From Syncephalis fuscata S228 (Eukaryota > Fungi > Zoopagomycota): a DNA stretch of 64,000 bases. The notes under the pieces were generated by a model. The model ran no database searches. It was not told the DNA's origin and worked only from the letters and a program-made list of their open reading frames with translations. Both the position numbers and the translations under genes were made by a program. The first letter of the stretch is position 1, and every line of letters begins with the position of its first letter. The stretch lies in NCBI GenBank assembly GCA_025786725.1, contig JAHLTZ010000004.1, forward strand, positions 124,001 to 188,000. Direction: 5' to 3'. Positions 57,644 to 64,000 of the stretch are shown one piece after another.

Positions 57644-59491
57644 ATGACGGCACCGGATTCCTATACGCTACTTGACGATACATCGTATCCTATTTCTATC
57701 GATGAACAGCGTATCTCCGCGTTACTGGCCTGGGTAAGTTGCAGTAGTAAACAACTGTTTTATCTGATATTTATTATTGCGTAAGAAACAAACGATGCCG
57801 GACACGTGCTGTACCTGTGGTAGACGCGAATCTGTTAAAGACAATCCATTGTTGGTGTGTGCCACATTAACATGCGACGTTGTTGTTCATCAATGTAAGT
57901 AGTACATGTTGTTAACAGCACAAATACTATTGAATCTATTATTAAGCAATATAATTGACTAGACTGTTATAATATGGCATCATCTAGTTTTTCTACAGAA
58001 TCGCCTTGGTATTGTGAGCGTTGTTTATCGGGTATAGATCGAACGGTAAGATGATGGTTTTATATGTTAATGCCTGCTCTGATCGTATCTGTATATAGTG
58101 TTGTATTGTATGTCCAAATGAGGATGGTGCGTTCTATCCAGTTACAGATGTACCAGGTGGTTGGATTCATGCTATATGTGCACAAGCAATTCCTGGTGTA
58201 ATTATCGATGAGATTAGTGGAAAACAACACGTTTTACTTACAAAAATACCTGTTAAATATTGGAGATCAGTAAGTATTTAATTAATAATACCAAGAATGT
58301 TGATATTAATAATAATAATATTACTAATAATAGTGTACTTTGTGTAAAAACATTATGGATTCATTTAATGGCGTCTGTATTCCATGCAGTGTAGATCATT
58401 GCCCACATCGATGCCATATCACTTGTGGACATGGTACACTTCAATCATTAGAACCTTGGCAGTGGCAAGTTTATTGTCATGACCATTATAAAACAGATCA
58501 ATTGGCATCTAATGATTGGTATAATTGGTCGAAGCAACGCAATGAACTCATAGCTCTATGGGAACGACATGACTATGAAGCATTAGTGAATAGTTGGTCT
58601 ATATCGCCAAGACTTGACTCTATAAAAAAACAACATCGTAAACGATTAGATAGTTCAGATAGAATGAATGCACGTCGAATAATAGCCTATACGTTATCTC
58701 AATTATGGCATGTTGTTAGTCCATTATGGGCAACAACAGATCAAAGAAAAAAGACGATTCATTTAACAGCAAAGAAACAGCAAAAAGTTGAACAGTTACA
58801 ACACACGTTACAAGAACAATTAAATTTACTAATGGTCAAGTTTATAAAACAGTCATCTACACTCAAATTACCGGCAATCCCGTCATTATTGGATAATACT
58901 GAAAAGAACGACACTATAATGGATACATTGCCATCTATAGATACGATGCAATACGATACAGTAATAGTTGATGAAATTGAAGAAGAGATGGTACCATTAT
59001 CTTATAAACACACTGAACTGTTTAGTACATCTATTGATGCTGATAATGATGAAAAAGAAACAGTATTTAATACAAGAAATCGTCATAAATTAACCATCGA
59101 AACTGTATCCAATTCTATTACAACTGATATTGAATCAGAACAACAAGCTTCACCTTCAAGTAGAATGGAGTCAACATCGACTGAATCAACACCTACTTTT
59201 AATGAATCCACTCATCCTTATAGCAATAAACGTCATAAACGCCACAAACGTCGTCGCCATCGAATGTCAGCAACACCAAAATATCATTTCAACACTCGAT
59301 CTGCCGAACCTTTACTTTGTACAACATGTAAATTAGATACACACTCTAGTCCAACTGTAACTAATCCACAAATATCTACTCGTAAAAGTACACGACACCA
59401 TGTAGTGCCACCATCTATTGCCACTACCAATCCATCAGATAAAGTAACTTGGGGCCCTACTTGTTCTAAATGTCATCGTGTTTTATGGTAA
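57644..59491 (+). CDS. PHD - Zn knuckle - ePHD (PZP; AF10/BRPF/Nto1-like) chromatin protein
   Basis: CCTCGRRESVKDNPLLVC..CDVVVHQ.CY..PWYCERC, CIVCPNEDGAF..WIHAICA, and C..C....GVCIPCSVDHCPHRCHITCG..VYCHDH. Confidence 0.82.
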
Positions 59492-59602
59492 TTAAAATAA
59501 TTAATAAATAAAAGTTGTTACTATTAAATAAATAGTATTAGTGTCTATGTTAAATCAGTTCTGATTTATTAAAATAGTAAAACAAACACCAATGCCTAAT
59601 AA

Positions 59603-61053
59603 CTACGCTGTTTCAGCTTGAATGGCCGAATAAACGTCACCGAGCTCTTTCAAAGCAAGTGCACGATTGTTTCGTGTCTCTTTAGCGGCTTTCTCGTCAT
59701 GAAGTGCACGATCGCAAACCTCTCGCAATACACTTTGCACTTCAAGTTTACTGCCCTTCCACATTGCGTATAATCCTTGACGAGCCGTGGCCTCTTCAAG
59801 TTTGGCCCGCTCAGTTGCCTCCATACTGCCGGTTTCATCGGCTTGTTGTAGCTGTTGGAATGATCGCTGTAGATCAAGTGCTGATCGGATGGTAGACACT
59901 GTCTCTGAAAGAATATGGCCCTTTTCACGCATGCGTCGGTAAACAGAGGTTAAGCCAAGCAATTCATTACGGCCCATATACTGTTCAGCCTTTGACGTGT
60001 ACGTATAGCCAATAGCATGCAATAGTTCAGTGCCATGTGATTCCTGTTTAAGTTCGTCAGCTTCAATCTGTTGAATGGTGCGGAAGTTGGCAAGGTCTTG
60101 TGGAGTACAGGTCGTTTCTGTAAACACCGATAATTTACGAATAAGATTATCAGTGAGCTTTTCAACTCGTTCGTTGCGTTCCTTTTGGCGGCGTTCATTC
60201 GATTGTTTTTGCTGCAATTCACGTCGTTGCTTTTTCTCTTCTTCCGTTAATGTCTCGCCTTCTTCTTCTTCCGTATCGTCAATCAAATCACGGAACTCAC
60301 GACCAATCGATATTTTACCGATAATATTCAAGAACCGTTCACCGCCAAATTGCTGTTGGAAGAATTCCTCAGGATCAACTACAGCGTATAGTGTAAGTAT
60401 ATGGATTAATGACTATAGATGCCACTTACCAAAACCACCCTCGGGTGTCACATCCAATGTGCCATATTCATTATAGCGTTTACGCAATTCAGGATCTGAC
60501 AACACTTGATATGCTTCAGAAATACGTTTAAACTAATAAATATACAGCTATCAATATCCCTATTTACTATATGCTATATATTAATGCAACCTACATGTTC
60601 TTCAGCCCCTGGATCCTTATTCTTATCCGGATGGTATTTAATGGCCAATTTGTAGTAACTTTTACGAATCTCATCCTGAGAAGCAGTGGCTGCCACTTCA
60701 AACATATCGTAGTATTCCATTGATACTGGGTTCTCGTCTAGAATCAGTACATGTACCATTAGTATAATCTGCATATATATATATATATATATCTATTTAA
60801 ACAAACCTGTGCCTCTTTTACCGCCCCAACCGCCTAAACCACGGCTTTTATTGCTGCCTGAACTATTTTGTTCACTGCCTTCCAATTGTGTGGCATTAGT
60901 GGCAATCGAGTAAGAGAAGATCTTGCTGCAGCCATGGCAAGCCACTTTGGCATTTGCCGCTGGCTTTACAAACTCAACCGCTACATTGCAAGCAGGACAT
61001 TTTGCATTGACATGCTTTGGTGTATACGATTGAAGAACAGCAGTCGACGTCAT
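59603..61053 (-). CDS. DnaJ protein of Djp1/Caj1 type (J domain + DnaJ-X) with an N-terminal CxxC..CxxC segment
   Basis: [74 protein letters not shown] and [15 protein letters not shown]. Confidence 0.9.
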
Positions 61054-61435
61054 GATGGAAGAATGGAGTCGTATAGTCTAACCAAGAGTACGTGTATATA
61101 TACACACACACGTATACACACACCCAAACGAAACAAATAAAGAAGACAAAGAGTAAAGGCGCAGGTACAATGAGAAGTGAAAAAGAGTCGATAAGCCGAT
61201 ATTTGTGAAGATAACCGTCGTCGGTAGTTCACGGCAGTTTGCATATATCATCACCATGATTCTATCACTATAATTCACAATGCCAAGTTTTTTCGCATTG
61301 CATCATCCAATCCGCATTCAATTTGCATTGAATCTACCATTGAATTCTTTTTTCTTCTTTTTTTTACTTTGAACTTTCCCGTTCAGTTATATATCCATCT
61401 AGTTACATATATATATATATATTATAAGATCTAGA

Positions 61436-62534
61436 ATGGCCAACAAAAACACATCCAGTGGCAAGAAGAAAAAGACAAAGTCGACCGAGAAGGGCGATCA
61501 GAGTCAGCCACTTGCCATTATAGATGGATTCCACGTATTGCCACTTCAAGTATCAACAAGCCATCAAAATACTACCACAGTACATTATGTGTATTTTAAA
61601 CAGCATAAACTACACGGTACAAGTAAACTAGACGATAGTGACGATAATAGCGATAGCAATGACGATAAACACGATTCAACACATAATAGGCGTTATAGTG
61701 AAAAAGACCGTATACTATTTGTATTAAATCTACCAATTGATACTACTGAGGCTGATATACGCCATTGGTTCCGTGATGCTGGCGTTATTGAATCTGTTCG
61801 ATTTCAAACAATTCAACAATATAATGAATGCTATAACATCACACCTAACAATGATGCTACACTGGTCAATCAACGATTACGTCCACTGTTAGATGCTGGC
61901 TCATATGCACATGTAGTATTCCTAGAACCATTGGGTCTACAACGTGCCCTTGCTATGACTAGCCGTACTCGACGTTGGCGTGATGAAGCAACTGCTGAGA
62001 AGAGCAAGACTCAATTAGCAGTAGGACTTGAACGTAAGTTATTTATACCACGAATATGCAATAGTTAATAAATTGTTTATAGGCTATAAATTGGCCTATA
62101 CAAGTACACGACCTTCATCAGCTATACTGTCTAAACAAGCCGATGATTATATTATTAAACATGAAGCGCAAGAACGAGCAAAGGAAGCCAACCTATCGGC
62201 CATGTATAACGTACCCGATGCCGATGGCTTTGTTACTGTTGTGCGCCATCATCGTAAACGAGGTAATACCGATGGACGTGGCACAGTAAAGGCCATTCGG
62301 GCGGAAGAAGCAGCCAAACTAAAGGAAAAAACAGGCCAAGACAAAGAACGAGTCGACTTTTATCGATTCCAACACCGAGAAGCTAAACGTGAAAGTAAGT
62401 ATTAATCTGATTGTTTACCTAACAGCATTTATTAATATTGTACTATAGAATTGCTTGATTTACGTCGTAAATTTGAGCAAGACAAAGAGCGCATTGCTCG
62501 TATGCGTACCAATCGTCGTTTTAATCCCTACTAA
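61436..62534 (+). CDS. RRP7: Ribosomal RNA-processing protein 7
   Basis: RILFVLNLPIDTTE (RRM), PDADGFVTVVR, DFYRFQHREAKR..LLDLRRKFEQDKERIARMRTNRRFNPY*. Confidence 0.95.
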
Positions 62535-62711
62535 TCTATCTATATTCATCTATTAAGAGGTTGTTTCTCTTTGGCCGTCACGATGACTACGACGTGTAAC
62601 CTTTTTCTTTATAAATTATACTAAATGAAAACAGCTATATTTATTTCGAAAACATATTGATGTATCTAATTAAACAATTGGCTTATGAACGATGCATACA
62701 AAAAGTAGGCA

Positions 62712-64000
62712 CTAGTTAAAAAAAGGATGTGAAAGAGCATCCGACGCAGTAATTCTATCCACTGGATCCACTTTTAGCAGTTTATCAAGTAGACTAACGG
62801 CATTTAGATCAATCAGATCAAGACGTTCTTGGTTTAGAAACTTGATTAAGCGTGACAAATCCACTGGACGGTTACGTATCGTAGGAATATTACAATGGAA
62901 ACTTCGATCTATAATGTCAAGTTAGTATAAATGCTAGAATGTAATAGTATTGTACTTGCGATATTTCGCAGCCATAGCCTTCATAGCAGAACGACCTTGT
63001 AAACAAGTAATTTCCACTAATGCTTCTGCATCACTATTTGAATTAAAAAATGGATAACGGCCGGTGAGAAAAGATAGTAGAATAACACCGGCTGCCCAAA
63101 TATCAAGTGCTATATTAAATACAATTTATATTAAAACTACGTTAAATGAATAAAATGTACATTTTAACTACTTACCAGCTGTTTGATGTTCAATCTTTAA
63201 TAATACCTCAGGTGGTCTAAATCCACGGGTTCCTGCACGATTAGCCCGTAGAACAGGTCTATTAATCAATTAATCAATTAATCAGCTAATCAGTTAAACA
63301 ACTAGTTAAATGTTTATATCTATGCTTACCGACTATCGTGTACTAAATAGCCAACACAATTATCCTCTGACATGGGTGTACTTACTAATGGTGCTGCTGT
63401 TTGAGGATACAGTGGCTTTGTTGGATCAACATCCTATTAAATAGTTAAATAGTTAATGAGTATTGAATTATATTAATTATAAAAACATTACCTGGGCCAG
63501 ACCAAAATCAACTAGAAATCCTCGATGTTGTCGAAGATCATAAAGAAAATTCGTTGGCTTCACATCTCGATGAATAATTCCCTGACTATGTGTATCTCTT
63601 AATGATTCTAATAAAGAGTACATATAACAGCGAATTTCATCTAACCCACAACTAGTATAGAATTTCTAATGATTATAAGTATATGTATGTATATATATAC
63701 ACTATATTATTAATAATATTAATATAATAAAATTACCTTAAAATCATCATGTCGAATATAAGGTAGAACAATGGCTACTCTATCTTCATAGCGAAATGCA
63801 TCAAGCATAGGAGCAATAGAGGGTGAATGACTATTATTATTATTATTATAATAGTAATAACATCCATCAGTTAATAGTATTCTATTAATAACATCAACTA
63901 CTTACCGTAAAGCGGCCAATTTATTAATTTCACTATGAATTCTGGATGGTGAACTACTAATATGAATACATTTAATTGCCATATAATGTTGGGCTGATGG
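62712..64000 (-). CDS. CDC7: Cdc7 (DDK) kinase, 5'-truncated by the window edge; includes a GC-AG intron (donor ~62959)
   Basis: ALKCIHISSSPSRIHSEI, IIHRDVKPTNFLY..LVDFGLAQ, RANRAGTRGFRPPEVLLK and DIWAAGVILLSFLTGRYPFFNSNSDAEAL. Confidence 0.93.

Overview
AT-rich, intron-rich eukaryotic DNA with short (~50-80 nt) GT-AG introns. Gene content points to an early-diverging fungus; Zoopagomycota (Syncephalis-like) is an inference only. About 21-64 kb holds conserved genes: PEX5, FCF1, REX4, IRE1, DAP1-like cytochrome b5, two DH-PH RhoGEFs, an AreA-like GATA factor, a FYVE-RING E3, RPB1, a PZP/PHD protein, a DJP1/CAJ1-like DnaJ, RRP7 and partial CDC7. About 1.7-21 kb is an accessory-like region with a Cys-rich orphan, CsbD-like genes, a decayed MULE transposon, an F-box-like orphan and a disrupted multi-pass membrane gene. 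The main finding is at 9187-11955 (- strand). An apparent ~81-bp AT-rich tandem repeat parses as a 34-exon gene: 33 mostly homologous introns separate a signal-peptide exon, 32 micro-exons (31 of 3 nt, one of 6 nt) and a short last exon. Joined by hand, the exons give an open 69-aa prepropeptide ending in a 38-aa, 6-Cys, Arg-rich mature peptide. A second, more degenerate gene of the same design lies at 3982-4748 (+). Single-base frameshifts in RPB1 and DAP1 suggest assembly indels, so pseudogene calls here are provisional. All exon models were parsed manually and no transcript evidence was available.
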